DNA of 63,839 nt, filler included, from Phoronis australis (lineage: Eukaryota; Animalia; Phoronida): NCBI GenBank assembly GCA_002633005.1. It is 9 parts of 9 records of this genome, joined end to end, with 100 filler letters (N's around TTAATTAATTAA, not from the genome) between each part and the next. Parts side by side here need not be neighbours in the genome. Positions count along the whole stretch, not along the records: positions 6,878 to 21,765 come from NMRA01001542.1; positions 21,866 to 25,493 come from NMRA01002935.1; 7 more parts are not named here. One strand, 5' to 3'. This document shows, in pieces, positions 11,463 to 24,477 of the stretch (positions within the stretch are counted from its first letter, which is position 1; every line of letters begins with the position of its first letter). The position numbers and the translations under genes were made by a program. The notes under the pieces were generated by a model. The model ran no database searches, was not told the origin of the DNA, and saw only the letters and a program-made list of their open reading frames with translations.

Positions 11463-13495
11463 TTAAGATTTTCACAAACAGGCTGATAAAATAACTTTAT
11501 TGACACCAATACATCAAATATACATAACATGAATAGACAAGATCAACACTTCAGCTTTATAATATGCACCCACCGTGCAAACGGTAACAGAGGTGCAAAT
11601 TTACAACAAAAAAAAATCACAAGACTGAGCAACAGATGAGTTAACAAATTAAAGTTGCTTCTTGAGGTTATGTAAGTCCCTAAAAGTCCTAAAACTGGCC
11701 AAATTTGGAAAACTCCCTAAATTATGGGCCTATGACAGAAATGGATGATCTGGTTCATATTCAGATTCACGGTAGGTGAGTGCATGTGTTCAGTGCATGA
11801 CCAAATGACGAAATATCCAAGCCTCATAAAACTATGGTATTCAATAAAATTCTGTTATCATGAGTCATGTTATCCTACTCACCAACCCGAAGTTAGGTGT
11901 AATGGCACAACTGCCAAGGAATATAGCTGGGCAAGTCCCAAATGTGCCAATATGGTCACCTACTCAAAATTATTGCCAATATTCATGAAGATCCCAGTAC
12001 AGGTGAAAATTCAAGCCAAAACATAATTAAATTTGTGAACTAAAGCACAAGGTTCAATTATCTCATTCCCTGCCAACACAATAGAGAGCCATCTGGCTGG
12101 GCTGTCAACAGTCAACAGGAACATATACTATACTAACATCGACAAATCGATGTTTTGGGGAGTTGACAGTTAACTTCGCACTAAATGGGTGGATTTAAGA
12201 GCAGAGCGTCGATGCTGCAGTGCAGTATAAACAATCAACTTTGGTCTTATCGAAGTTATCACCAGGTGCCACTGTTATCATCAACAATTACAGCATAGTG
12301 CCGTCGCTAATACTTGCATATCTTTTGTTCTAAAAATCACCAATCGATTTAAAAATAATGTTTATGTCAATTAGCACATGTATGTAAATGTTCCTAAATT
12401 GTCACACTGGAAAAAATCTTAGAGTGCAGCGCTACCTTGTGATAACTTCGATGATGACAGCATCACCTACCGTTTACATCTATGTTCATTAACTACCCAA
12501 GCCAGTATGAATAGTCCAGTTAACTTCGCTGTTTATGTCAATGCTCGGCTCAGACCTAAATTAAGTTAATATGAAAGGGCCTATAGATTTAGAAAATAAT
12601 GAGGTGTTATGAAGGATTACATAGGTGACCAAGCAGCCCAAGCAGCGGGACTGAATTCAGTAGGCTATTGTATTCGCATTAACAAATTTCAATGGTTGTA
12701 CAATCATCATTCCACACTTAATTGTTAGCTGGACTGGGTTACTGGTTTTTTAAAAAACGAATGTTTCACAGACTTTTTGAAAACTGACTTAAGCTGACAC
12801 AAGACTAGTTTACATGATTTAGCTCCTCACAGCGTGGCATTTTACTTAAGAGGAATATGATCTCAACTCTTTAAACTACCCATTATACCATATACATGTA
12901 CATTTACAGGATTAAAAATAACAATACTTGAACCATTTTCCTTGAGTAACAACCTGCAGTTGACATGGTTTTGATACTATAAGCTAAGGCGTTTTAAATT
13001 ACCTGCTACACAATTACACCACCATCAACAGAGTACCAATAGATATACAGCATGTATAAAAATTCTTCTCGTCCTGGGCCCCTACAAGTCTGCCCCTAGG
13101 TAGCATTCTCTTTCCATTATTTCTCCTTCTGTACATCAATGACCTCACAGCAATGTTTGACCTATCTATTTTAAGCACAGTGGTGACTTTTAACCTTATT
13201 TTTGTCCTTTGCGTTAAAGCCTTCCTTGAACAAATTTCTGTTATTGTTGTTCTTAATACCTACAACTTCTCGAAACATTGCGAGATGGTAGCTATGGAAC
13301 AGAATTTGCACATATGGAAAACCATTAAATTTTTACATAATTATCTTTCATGCAAAATTTGGCAAGTTGGGCATATTGTGTCCAAAATTGGTGAGATTTT
13401 ACTGTAGCCCGTAACAATACCTTTGTCCATACCCCAAGTGACTAAAACATCTTCTTGCAAGCAAACTAACCAAGATGATATCATTTACCGAGTAC

Positions 13496-16400
13496 CTATT
13501 GAATGACACAAGCTTTGCTCTTATTACCCGTGCCTGACCCCTGCTGATCACTACTGCCCGACGCTTTATTCTCCCTGTCGTTGGCCAATTTGAGAGCCTT
13601 CATCTTTTTGTTGACGTTATTTGCTTGTGCTGCAATTATGGCTCCCTTGAATTTGCCTTTGGCCTTTGCCTTGCCATTGAATTCATTGATCATGCTTTCA
13701 ACAGTAGGGGCTAGAGCAAGATGAAAAGAGATCAGATATTAACCTTTGTCAGATACACTCAATACATTTAATGTACACACAATATATGAGACAAATTTAA
13801 TGTGTATACTAGAAGTTGTTAAAATGCACTTATTGGAACATGTCTTAGGCAGCATTTACACATAACTTTTATACGAAGGCAGGTACGACATCTGAATCAG
13901 ATGGCAAATCTGCTCCTTCAGCAGAACACCATCAAGATGAGACTGGACGACCATGGATTTAAAAAAAAACTGACTACAACGGATTATGTCATGAGTTTCT
14001 ATACTTTATTTTGTCTATGACCTTTTCTCATTTAATGATTGCTTTTATTGCAGAAAATTGTAAACATTATAACTACCATGACGGTTGTAGCTTAAACTTG
14101 TCAAAACATTAACACATCAACATTGGTATGAAATTCCCTAAAAGTGCCTTTCGCTTGCTATAAATTAGCATTGTTTGACCATTTTTCTGCCAAACAGAAT
14201 GCGGGACTAAAAAATGTTCAACGTAATGCACATCGTAGTTACCTTTGCCCATGCTCTTAAGAAGCAGTTCCAGGAATACATCGTCACTGTTTGACTCCCC
14301 ACCGCCACTGGCCACTCCTTGTTCACTTTCCAAAATGGTAACATCACCAATGGATGCCTGGTGCTCCTTACATAACCACACAATGTTGCCACTACGCAAG
14401 TGACATCTGAAACAGCAACACAAAATTATGCTTGAGATATACCCGCCCTTAATTTTCATATCATACCATGAATAATACGCTTACAAGGAACGTCAAATAT
14501 TTCTAAAGATATGTGGGAATTTTCAACACTCATCCTTCAGAGTCGCTTTTACTAACTAAAGGTTAAAGGTTAAAGAGAGCGTGGCACTGGAGTCTGATAG
14601 AGTTGTGATGACCGCATTAATGTCCGGTGTCAGCAAGACCCAATGAAGTGTAATTACCCCATGACGGCGTTTTTCCGTTCAGTAACTTTAGCAGACATAA
14701 AGGGTTGTGAACGCGAGATAACATTTAGCTTCATTGTTAACTGCCAAGCACAGTCTTTTGTCTGGTATGACAACAGGCAGGCCAATTATCTACCAGGCTT
14801 ATTACCGACCACATGTGAACACAACCAAACCCAGAGCGAACTGGTACACATTCCGAAAGAATAGATTGTCGTAACTTCGGTTGTAGTTGGGCGATTTTGG
14901 CAATTCAAAAACTAAACATGATCACCATTTGTCGAGGATTTCAGAAATGCTATTGGTTTATGTTCAAATACGTTATAACTTGACTTTTATTTTTAGCAGC
15001 ACAGGCCAACCGTCAATGCCAGAATGGAGTTAATCAGTCGTGTAAGATGTTGGCTACAGGGGTGTTCTTCCCAACTAGTTGTTGGGCTATAGAATCAAAC
15101 AAGTTGGGAGCAACGAGAAAACACCATAATACAGCCATAAACTGTAGTAAACATAGCTGCCTGTACATCTTGGCGAATTTTCAAAATGCACTAACCAATA
15201 ATTTTCGTTAAAAACAAACACCACGGCGGTATTCAGCTGGAAAAAATAACCACGTATGGTTTTCGATTTTTAAAAATCGATGAACTAATAAGCTAAAAAC
15301 TACAGATATTGGGTGCGAATGAAGATAAACGACCGTGCATATTGATATACTCGGTGGATTTACACACTAAGCAGAGTTAACAATATCACATGGATTATTC
15401 TTTTAATATTCTTTCCATCTTGTTTAACTAGATTTTTGACTAGGAAACAGTTGTACTTAACTTGTCATGCGCGCACCCGGGGGAGGGGCGCTCATTCGAG
15501 CCCCTCCCCCCAATTGGGAAAAGTGGGTAAAAAGGTCCGCCTGAGAGAAGCAAAAATTCAGGAAAAAGTAGAAAACAAGACTTAAGTCCACTAAAAGGCA
15601 GGAGCTACAAAAATTCGGAGAATGCACATTTCATAGCTCTGAACGTACCCCATGAACCTTTAGTAAAAGGTCCACATTCTCAAAAATTCAAACCCTCCCA
15701 TTTTTTAGACTGGGTGCGCGCATGCTTGTGCCCACTCTTCATTTTTTATGACTAACAAAAAGCTAAAATAGTTATGTAGTCAGTGCAACTGAAAATTCCA
15801 GAGATTCCAAATCTTCATTTTAGCTGTCACCATATTTGCACTTTTGTATATATTTCATGATTTGAGCTCTAATAAAGATTAAACTTGAACTTATGACATG
15901 ACGATCGTGTAGTTTTGTTTGTCGTGAAATGTTTAGTATAGCTGTAATCTGTAAAGTTCACGGATGGGTTCACAAATAACTAAACTAATTAAGTTTCGTT
16001 GGCAATCAAAGTCTACCACTGTTTTGGTACTTCAAGTTTAAAAATAAAATACAAGGATATCAACCTGTTCCCGGCAAGAAAAAAACAAGTTGACAAGAGT
16101 CTTAAAAATGAAATAACGAAAACGGGTATGAAACATATTTAAAACCATCGTTCCTTTGGGAAGTGGCCCTTAATGTCAAGATAAACACAAATTAACTTAG
16201 TTTTTAGTTATATTTAAAATGTACTAATTTAAAACTACTCTCCACAGTTGCAGGCTGTAACTGAGTGTGCATATGCCAGAACCAATTTGGGAGTAATAAC
16301 AACCACCATTGTTGAGACTGTAAGTGCTAGCTATTACCTTTCCACTTTCCACCAGTTATGATTAATTAAATAATTCCTGTTCAAAATAATGCAAAAGCTG

Positions 16401-19400
16401 GAACCAGTGGCAATACTTATTTCTAGCCAATGCTATCCTAATGTCTGCAAGGATAGGTACATGTATGTAGCGTGCACTTCCTGGCCATGTGCTTTTAACA
16501 TTGGTAAATTTTTCATTAGTGTTTGGTTCGCGGTTTTCACGTGAACAAAGAAATTTGGATTCCTGCTGAGGAAGATCTGTACGGGAAAGATACAATACAG
16601 TCCCCTTGACATTAGCACGCTGCATCTGTTATGAAAGGCCAAACCATAGTGGGACACATTCCTTGCAAGATCAGCAAAACTTTTGTGTTCTTTTTGAAGT
16701 TACGGCTAAATACCGAAATAGCAGCGAGGCTCGTGGTCTAGAAATTCCACACACAATGATTTTTTCAGGACTGTCATATCTTATTGATAAATTGAACATG
16801 TTACTGTAGAATTTTAGAACTGCAGGTAACGCATTTTCGCATGTACAAGTTCATGGGGTAGGCGCTTAAGTTAGCGAAGTCTGAAAACGCGTGTGGGGCG
16901 CTTATAGGGGCACGGGCGCTTATTAGGGCGAATACGGTACTTTGGACAGACTTCCATGTTGCTCAAGATGGGCGACAAGAGTTATATGTACTGTTTGTTC
17001 ATCATCAAGTGATCTGAGCCAATTCTCATTATCTTTAGCTGCCTGGATGCAAATGAAAGCTATTGTAAAGATCAACTACCAGAGGGATTTTAACTAATTA
17101 ATAACTCTCCGAATCAGAGCTCGACAGCTAATACCCACGCAGTTCTACTCCATGTCATGGGATTGTAACCATAAATAATCTATGATATAACCTCTTCAGC
17201 ACAAGAAGCTTGCATGCACGTGCTTCAATAGCTGCAATCCAACTGGAGCACTGCAAGTTCACTGGTCGCCTCTAGTGCGCACTACAGTCGCTGGAATCAG
17301 CTCTAACAAGACCGCAGGACGGCACAGTGCTATTGCTGCGTAATTTTGTAAATTTATTTGTGAAGGACTTATTTGAGGGCAACAGGACCTTTATTGGGAA
17401 AATCTGCTGTTCTGACATTTTTACCGCCATTTGGCGACACAATGGAAAATCCTATAGCCATTTCAACATTAATTTGCTGTCGCCAAAATTACGATTTCAA
17501 AAACGACTTCTCGAGCCCGACAGAACAGAATGGCACTTATTGATTTGTGTTGTTTTATAAATCGAATACGAATTTCCATTTTACCTAGCGTGTACAAATT
17601 ATTTTTTCCGATGCAAATATGCATCATGCGCGCACCCAGCCTTTAATATGGGGGGGCTCGAATTTCCGACGATGTGGACCTTTTACCGACAAAAGCAGCC
17701 GAAGGACTATAAACAAAAAAAATGGGGTGCCATGTTCACAGCTGCGAATTGTGCGTTTGCGCCTGCTTAGTGGACTTTTTGTCTCGTTTTGTCGGACTTT
17801 TTGTTTCTCTAAGGCAGACCTTTTTGTCCCCTTTGCCAAATGGGGGGGGGGCTCGTTTGAGCCTCCCAAGCCCCCCTGGGTGCGCCCATGTGCATAGAAA
17901 CTATTTTTCCCTTGGACTCTTGCTGCACGAACTATTGGAGACAAACGCCGTGTTTCAAGGGTTGTGTACAAACTAATAGAGTTAACCAACTATTAGAGAA
18001 AACACTGTAACACAAGACGAGGACAGCGACAAAGTAATTTATACGCTATACCATCTTCCCTCAGCCAAGCCTTCAGGAGATCTACGATATTTACTTGCAT
18101 TGACAATTGGAATTCCTTACCATCCAAAATAAAAGAAAGAACTTATATCATCCCTCACAAAAATAACTTTAAACTGCATACAACTACTCTAGACTTGCCA
18201 GTCCCATTGACATCATTCCAACTTCCTCGCAACCATGAAAAAATCCTAAACAGATCAAGATGCGGACTATTTCTTAAACAACAACAAAATTTAGACATAA
18301 TTATAATATTTCACCTCTATGTTCCTCAGACAAATAATCATATTTTCTTTGCTTGTGCGGCATGCGGGGAGCAGAGGGCATAGGTTTTCCAGACACTCAA
18401 ACAATACCCTAATGTTTACAAAAATATTCAGATCTTCCTCAATAATGTATAAACCAAATTATTGTTTTCCAAATGGATGTAAAGAACTCGACCTAAATGA
18501 AAATAAGGTTTTATTCAAAATTCAAAATTTCTTTTTAATTAATCTCTGTGAGACAGTAATATGGTATACAGGTAAAATAACTTATTGATTTATTTATATT
18601 TGTAATCATATGTCATTGTAATCTTAACATCATTTGATCAATTTATGTATTTGTGTATAATTGTAAATAGATTTCTTTGTATTTGTTTAACCCAGATACA
18701 ATGCCTCTTGGTGCTTTCTAGATCTGTATATTCATTGTACTAACTATAACATAATAAATATTCAAAAGAGAAAAAAAGGATGAGCTCAGTCAACCATCCG
18801 TATCCATTCCCTAAATCAAGAATCTTTCTGAACAACTGTCACACACCTTCTAATTACATGGGGTTGACACATTTTTCAAACCGATCAACACAATCCGAGA
18901 AAAGTTGGTTCATCCAAAGGACTCTACCCCACTGACAAGAAGTCTTGCAATATATACCAGCTACTGTGTTTTATATCGAAGTTTGATGATTTATTGGTGT
19001 TAAACAATGAATTCAAGTTCATAAGCTGACACCAGTAACCCGTGTTGTGAACTGCTGAACAGACTGCGTGTGAAACCGATGACGTCATTGGATAATTTCA
19101 ACACCTCCGTCTGCCATCAGGTGTCAGGTAACGCAACCGAACGTGCCGTTATCGAGTAGAACTACTCGATCTAAATTGATACAAAATAGTTTTTTTTGGG
19201 TAGCATTCTCCTTTAAGAGAAATTTGCATTGTATTGTCTGGTCCCCATAGAGCGCAATGTCAAAATCAGTTTTTTACTCTACATGGACACTAGTGTGCAT
19301 ATGCTACACATGCACAACTCAAAGCTGAGGACTTGTATGTAGTTATAGATCTGGAAAATTTTATATAATTATCTGTCAGACCATGCTAGGAGTTTAGGAG

Positions 19401-20049
19401 TTACAGCAGCACATATCAGATACCCCGACTGTGATAATGGTACTAACTCAAACCAACACAGCACAAAGAGGTGGATCAAATAAACTGCTAATCGAAGACT
19501 TCTAAGTACAGGGACAAGCTCAAGCTGCAGTGGTAAAGTTGAGGCACTTCAACCAAAAGGTTCCAGAATCAATTCTTGACAGAAGGTTGCCATTATAGTG
19601 GTCGGTATTGAAGACTTGTTATATTGATCAGTTTGAATCAAAATGATATGGCATTTTTGAAAGCCATTGTTTTGTGGTGAAATCCTTTGCTCTTTTTAAA
19701 TACGGAAAAGCATTCTGAATTACACGTAATAAAACCATGGACTAAATCGATTTCATTGTTTTGTTTCAAGGAAAAGATTCACCACTATAAATTTGATTTA
19801 TTCCAGCTAGAAGACGTTGGCTTGACCTATTTCATGCTGCGTCCAATTTAAAACACCGCAATCCTCACAGCAATCTTTTGAATGAAAATTCACAAAATAA
19901 ATATCCTGGAACTGGACGACAATACAAAGAACTTACCTATCTAAGAGTCCAAAGTTTTCTTGCAGTCCACGTCTACTACTTTCAAAGTCCATAATTTTTC
20001 TTCTCAGATGCATGTAATCAGTCTTAAAGTCCTTGTCAACAGTGGCAAC
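13496..20049 (-). CDS. Last three exons of a CaaX-terminated protein, probably Roco/LRR (MFHAS1-like) family
   Basis: Exons 20049-19937, 14406-14243 and 13710-13496 have canonical GT-AG sites and matching phases (0/2, 2/1, 1/stop). Peptide: VATVDKDFKTDYMHLRRKIMDFESSRRGLQENFGLLDRCHLRSGNIVWLCKEHQ...KSKACVIQ*. The FGLL.R....G..VWLC.EH motif resembles Roco C-termini (family is an inference). Candidate AATAAA at 11501-11496. Confidence 0.75.
15466..15724. mobile_element. hAT5-like MITE (CATGCGCGCACCC family)
   Basis: 13-bp TIRs CATGCGCGCACCC / GGGTGCGCGCATG; 5-bp TSD CTTGT. Confidence 0.85.
16455..16937 (+). mobile_element. End of a CCGTA/TA Tc1-mariner(pogo)-type element carrying a decayed HIRAN-domain ORF, copy 1
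   Basis: Ends GGGCGCTTATTAGGGCGAATACGG|TA. Region about 16520-16809 translates VRGFHVNKEIWIP...AASVMKGQTIVGHIPCKISK...VTAKYRNSSEARGLEIPHTMIFSG...*. Confidence 0.75.
17625..17890. mobile_element. hAT5-like MITE (CATGCGCGCACCC family)
   Basis: Same TIRs, opposite orientation to the 15466 copy; 5-bp TSD TGCAT. Confidence 0.85.
17930..18778 (+). mobile_element. Degenerate CR1-group LINE 3' fragment
   Basis: Remnants TCIDNWNSLP, LNRSRCGL, CAACGEQ and GCKELDLNENKVLFKIQ, followed by a 3' stem-loop ACCCAGATACAATGCCTCTTGGTGCTTTCTAG (related copy at 4847-4897) and an A-rich tail. Confidence 0.6.
18965..19212. mobile_element. Kolobok family B terminal fragment
   Basis: Homologous to 11225-11462; ends GGGTAGCATTCTCCT|TTAA. 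Confidence 0.8.
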
Positions 20050-21130
20050 CTAATAAGTTATAAATAAACTTATGTACATTCAAAAAAATATTATTTTGAT
20101 GAGCAGCAAACAAATGGAGAGATTATGTGAGACCTGGCCAGTCAGTATGCAAAGCAGACGAATGTTTGCAAGAGTTGTGTCAAAAATAGTGCTAATTGCG
20201 TGTCCACAAGTGTATGAGCAAATACATAATTACTGATTCTAATTACAAACTTCACTTCCAGGTAAGTCTCGAAGTTCACCCCAAGTTTTCAAAAGATGAC
20301 AATAATGCAATTGATTCTTTGTCAATAACAACCAGACGTGTACAAACAGCCAGCTCATCTGTGTCAAACTTCAGGTCTGTAGATCACACTAGCCTATTGA
20401 ATTGGTAATGAGCCATTTCCACAATGACCAACAAGTTTTCCAGAAAAAGTTAAGAAAATCTTTTTAGAAGAGCAGCAAAACCCTTTGTGGTACACGTTGG
20501 TAACAGTTTCAGAGCAATGTTGTCAGGATTGTAAAGAATCTGTAGTGGTGAGCACATATGCAGATAACTTCCATCGTATTTGAGGGGGACTTCCACCTTA
20601 TCAGGACATGGCCTAACTGTGTTTGTAATAACTATCCATGCACAACTGACATTTCAGATAGGTGGCTGCCTACAATTCACTCTACCAGTTCCCGATGACA
20701 ACTTCTCACTTACAAACCAATTAGATATCTACGCCAGTTGAGCTGGTGTACTTCGGTAGAGTTAATCACGAGCAGCCAGCCTGCAAACCACCTGTGTGTA
20801 ATCTCAGACTGAAGATGTCACTAAAGTACAGGTATTAAGTTTACAATTTTTTATTAAGCCAAGTTTCCATTTGTTGTTAACAAACCATAAGAGAGTCTGT
20901 GATACCGTAATGCATAATGGCTGTGCAATCTTAGGGACATGGGGGACAGAAAGCTGGACACACTAATCACAGTCTGGGAAATGTGTAACCAAATGCCTTG
21001 TTTTGTTAGACACTTCTTAATGACTAGAGCTTCATGTGTACAGACGGACGTGAAATGGCATGTTATACTGAACAAAAATTTGCTGTTTGCTCAGGAATTT
21101 TTACCATCCCGAGTAGATGGCTACTGGAGA

Positions 21131-21192
21131 TGGTATAATACAATGTTGGTATAATACAATGTTGGTATAATACAATGTTGGTATAATACAAT
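21131..21192. repeat. 16-bp tandem repeat, nearly 4 copies
   Basis: Unit TGGTATAATACAATGT. Confidence 0.9.
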
Positions 21193-21251
21193 TTAAGTGT
21201 GCTATGCAACTCATAGTTAAAGGAAACAACTTGTTCAACAAATCATACTTA

Positions 21252-21765
21252 CTGTATTCGCCCTAATAACTGCCCATGCCCCTATAAGCGCCCCCACGCG
21301 TTTTCAGACTTTGCTGAAATAAGTGCCCAGCCCATGAATGTCTACATGGCGAAAAATGTCTTTCCTACAGCGCTAAAATTCCACAGAAACACCTTCAATT
21401 TGTCAACAAAATCTGGCAGTCCAGAAAAAATCATTGTGCACGGGAGTTTCTAGACCACCAGCCTCGCCGCTATATGTCGGTATTTAGCCTTGACAAGACA
21501 CTTCAAACTTCCGCCGTGCTCTCAAAAGAATGCAAATTTTGCTGATGTTGCGAGGAGCGTGTCCCACTATAGTCTGGCCTTTCAGAACAGACGCAGCATA
21601 CTTGTCAACGGGATTGAATTTTTCCCGCGTGTAGATTCCATATCTTCTCCCTCAACAGGATTCCAAATTTCTTTGTACATGTAAACACCGCGAATCGAAG
21701 ACTAATAAAAAATTTGGTGTTAAAAGCACGTGGTCAGGAAGTACGCGCTACACACCTGTCATCGC
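21252..21765 (-). mobile_element. CCGTA/TA element with decayed HIRAN ORF, copy 2 (runs into the gap)
   Basis: TA|CTGTATTCGCCCTAATAA terminus. With frameshifts, the minus strand reads SSIRGVYMYKEIWNPVEGEDMESTR..FNPVDKYAASVLKGQTIVGHAPRNISKIC..HGGSLKCLVKAKYR..GEAGGLETP. Confidence 0.8.
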
Positions 21766-22646
21766 NNNNNNNNNNNNNNNNNNNNNNNNNNNNNNNNNNN
21801 NNNNNNNNNTTAATTAATTAANNNNNNNNNNNNNNNNNNNNNNNNNNNNNNNNNNNNNNNNNNNNAAAAAACTAAACTGCTTCAGTGTCGTATGTTACTT
21901 TATTGTTGTATAGCTCATGAAGGACTCCCTGTGTTGTATTATGTAGTGTTTAATGCTATTGTTCCGCAGGCTCTGAAGCGAATTCTTCTCGTGCCGTCAG
22001 TTTCCGCATTGTTAGGAGTATGTATTGTCTCGCTTCTTCTGGTCACCCGGCTTTGGTTTCGGACACGTGTCAAGCACACAAATGGCCAGACGTTATCTAG
22101 ACGGTGTACTTTTAAGCAGGATTCACGGGGGCATTTTGTAACGTTTTAATTAGAAAGTCGATGAGTAATTAACTATATCCGTTAAAATTGACTGAAACGC
22201 TTCGAGTCGTGTTCAACTTTAAACACTGTACGTCTTTATCATTTGTTTACAACTGACTCCTCAGTGTGGTATAGTAATATTAAAGTTAATTGTTGGTGCC
22301 GATTATCCACAAACTTTTGAGTACACCAGTCATATTAGGTCTGGCCAGTGTAAGCCTGTGACAGCTTCATGAGTTATTTCTCCTGTTAGGGACCTGTCAC
22401 ACCCCTGTCACACCCCTGTCACACCAATGTAGTTCACACTTTTCGCTCAGTAGGCTAAAATTCGCTGCTATCAAAACACTTAAAATAAACCGTGCGAGAC
22501 CCTCCACGGACAGAGTCATGTTGGAGCCAGGTTTTTAGCGAACATTTTGTTTTGGTCCTTATTCCCCAGCCTCGGAGGGGCTGGAATGTTCTGAGACCTA
22601 CCTCGGTGTGACAAGACTCTTACATTTATTTATTGAAACCTGTTTA

Positions 22647-24477
22647 GGCCAAAAAAGTATAGCTGGTTCTGGTCTTACCCCACCTTGTTTTTAGACCTTT
22701 GCTCTTTGACTAAAAGAAAAAAGCACCCACTTGCATCAGTTTTTATGCGCCCACATATTTATATGTGGATGCATTATGCAGTCATCTCCGTCCGGGCGGT
22801 GTCCGTCCGGCATCTGGCATCCGCTGCTGTATCTCCAAAACCGATTGATGTATGTTCATGAAATTTTGCACATGTGTTCCTTTCATGGATGGAACGACAC
22901 GAGCTAACATTCGAATGGATCCGGCTACCGGTGTGCCCCCTAGTGGCAATTTTAGTTTTTTTACGTTTTCCTATGAATATTCAAATTTGGCGTACGGCTT
23001 CTGTTAGTGAGATGACACTATCTTTCCATTTTCAGATGGATTCGACCTAGTTTGCGCTACCTAGTGGCCATTGTTTTGTTTTGCGCCCATAGTTGTATCT
23101 CCTAAACCCACTGGAGGATCTTTATTAAATTTAGTAAGTGTATTTATATGAAGCGAACAACTAACAATGACGACTTTCAGGCGGATTCAATGAACACTGT
23201 GCCCCCTAATGGCAATTTCATTTTATTCTGTGTTCCTTTGTTTCTCTGAAGTTCCTTGGTGGATTTCTATGAAATTTGGAATTTTGTGTATTGGTTTCTA
23301 TTAAAGAAGAATGACAATGTTCCCATTTTCGGACGGATTGTATGTTTTTGCACCATCTAGTGCCCATTTTATGACACAAATATGCAACCCTAAAAGCACA
23401 CCATTTGCGATGCATTTATGGGCACATTTCAAGGCTCCGCGTTGCTCTTGTTGCTAAGGTGTTTGTATGTTTTTTTTTTGAAAATCTGCACAAGGGCACA
23501 TAAGCAAGGGTGAGCAAGGTTTAAAGCATCATGATTTACCAAACGATGCATAATTACCTGCAGTTGATGAACTCTGGACAGCACTTGAAAAGTCCTCAGC
23601 CACTCAAATGGCAATGGACCATTTGAAGGTGATCGCCGTTGTGGTGGGACAAAGTACTGTTATGCTTGCCACTTGTTACTTCATCGTCCTTAGCTTCGAT
23701 TCTTGTCTTTTTTGTGGCACCTTCCTCCATCAGCGCTGCAACACTGTTGCGGTGCCATCCGACGTGGACCCCCCAAAGCTACTCCACTGCTTCAATCAGC
23801 CTTTTTCATTTCATGATTCCATGCAAGATATTGATTTTTTTATTTCTTCATGCAAAATACTGAGCATTATGTGTGACAATCTGTATAAATTTGGACAACA
23901 TGTTCTAGCAGGCATCTTTGAGGCAGTCGCATAAACAACAAGCGATTGAAAGTAGCAGTTTAAATGTCCGATGCACGAAGGAGTCTTGACTGCAACACAT
24001 GACAGCTTGCGAGTGTACGCAGCGTCAATCTTGCTCCACGACAGCTAAATTGTTGAACTAACTCGCGTGAAGTGTTCTATGGCCATGGGTCGTCTCGTGT
24101 TGGGGTTAAGTCCAATAAAACGTCCTGGATGGCAGTTTTGGGATGACGTGATAACGGCTATAAGCTGCAATTCATCAAACACAATTCTGAGGGTGACTGG
24201 ATCTTTTTGTTGGCAAACTGTGCTGTTCTATTTTTAATCGCCATGTTGCGACACGCTGGATTATGACATCATTTCCACATTTGCTTTTGTCAATGGAGAT
24301 GAAAAAGATCTAACTTTTGAAGCACTGGCTCGAGTACCCCGTAGTCGACTCACCACTGAGTAAAAATATCACCGCTCGGCTGGATTTTTGGAAAAGTGAG
24401 CAACTAAAAATACTGCACCCACGATTCCATTTTCAAAAAAAAACAGACTAGAACCAACTATTCTTTTTTGCTTTACC
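22647..24477. mobile_element. Zator-like DNA transposon (GG termini, TTA TSD) with nested HINE
   Basis: TTA|GGCCAAAAAAGTATAGCTGGTTCTGGTCT ... AGACTAGAACCAACTATTCTTTTTTGCTTTACC|TTA: imperfect TIRs of about 30 bp and a 3-bp TWA TSD. Confidence 0.6.
22740..23452 (+). mobile_element. HINE/DINE-1-like element, copy B (both ends present)
   Basis: TTTTATGCGCCCACA + hairpin, a GTCC-type microsatellite, internal tandem units, a subterminal inverted ATGGGCACAT and a 3' end ...CTTGTT. Confidence 0.75.

Noticed and set aside
16937-21252. A single composite transposon bounded by the two HIRAN-element ends
   Set aside because: The termini face each other with bodies extending outward, and a host exon lies between them; they are two independent copies.
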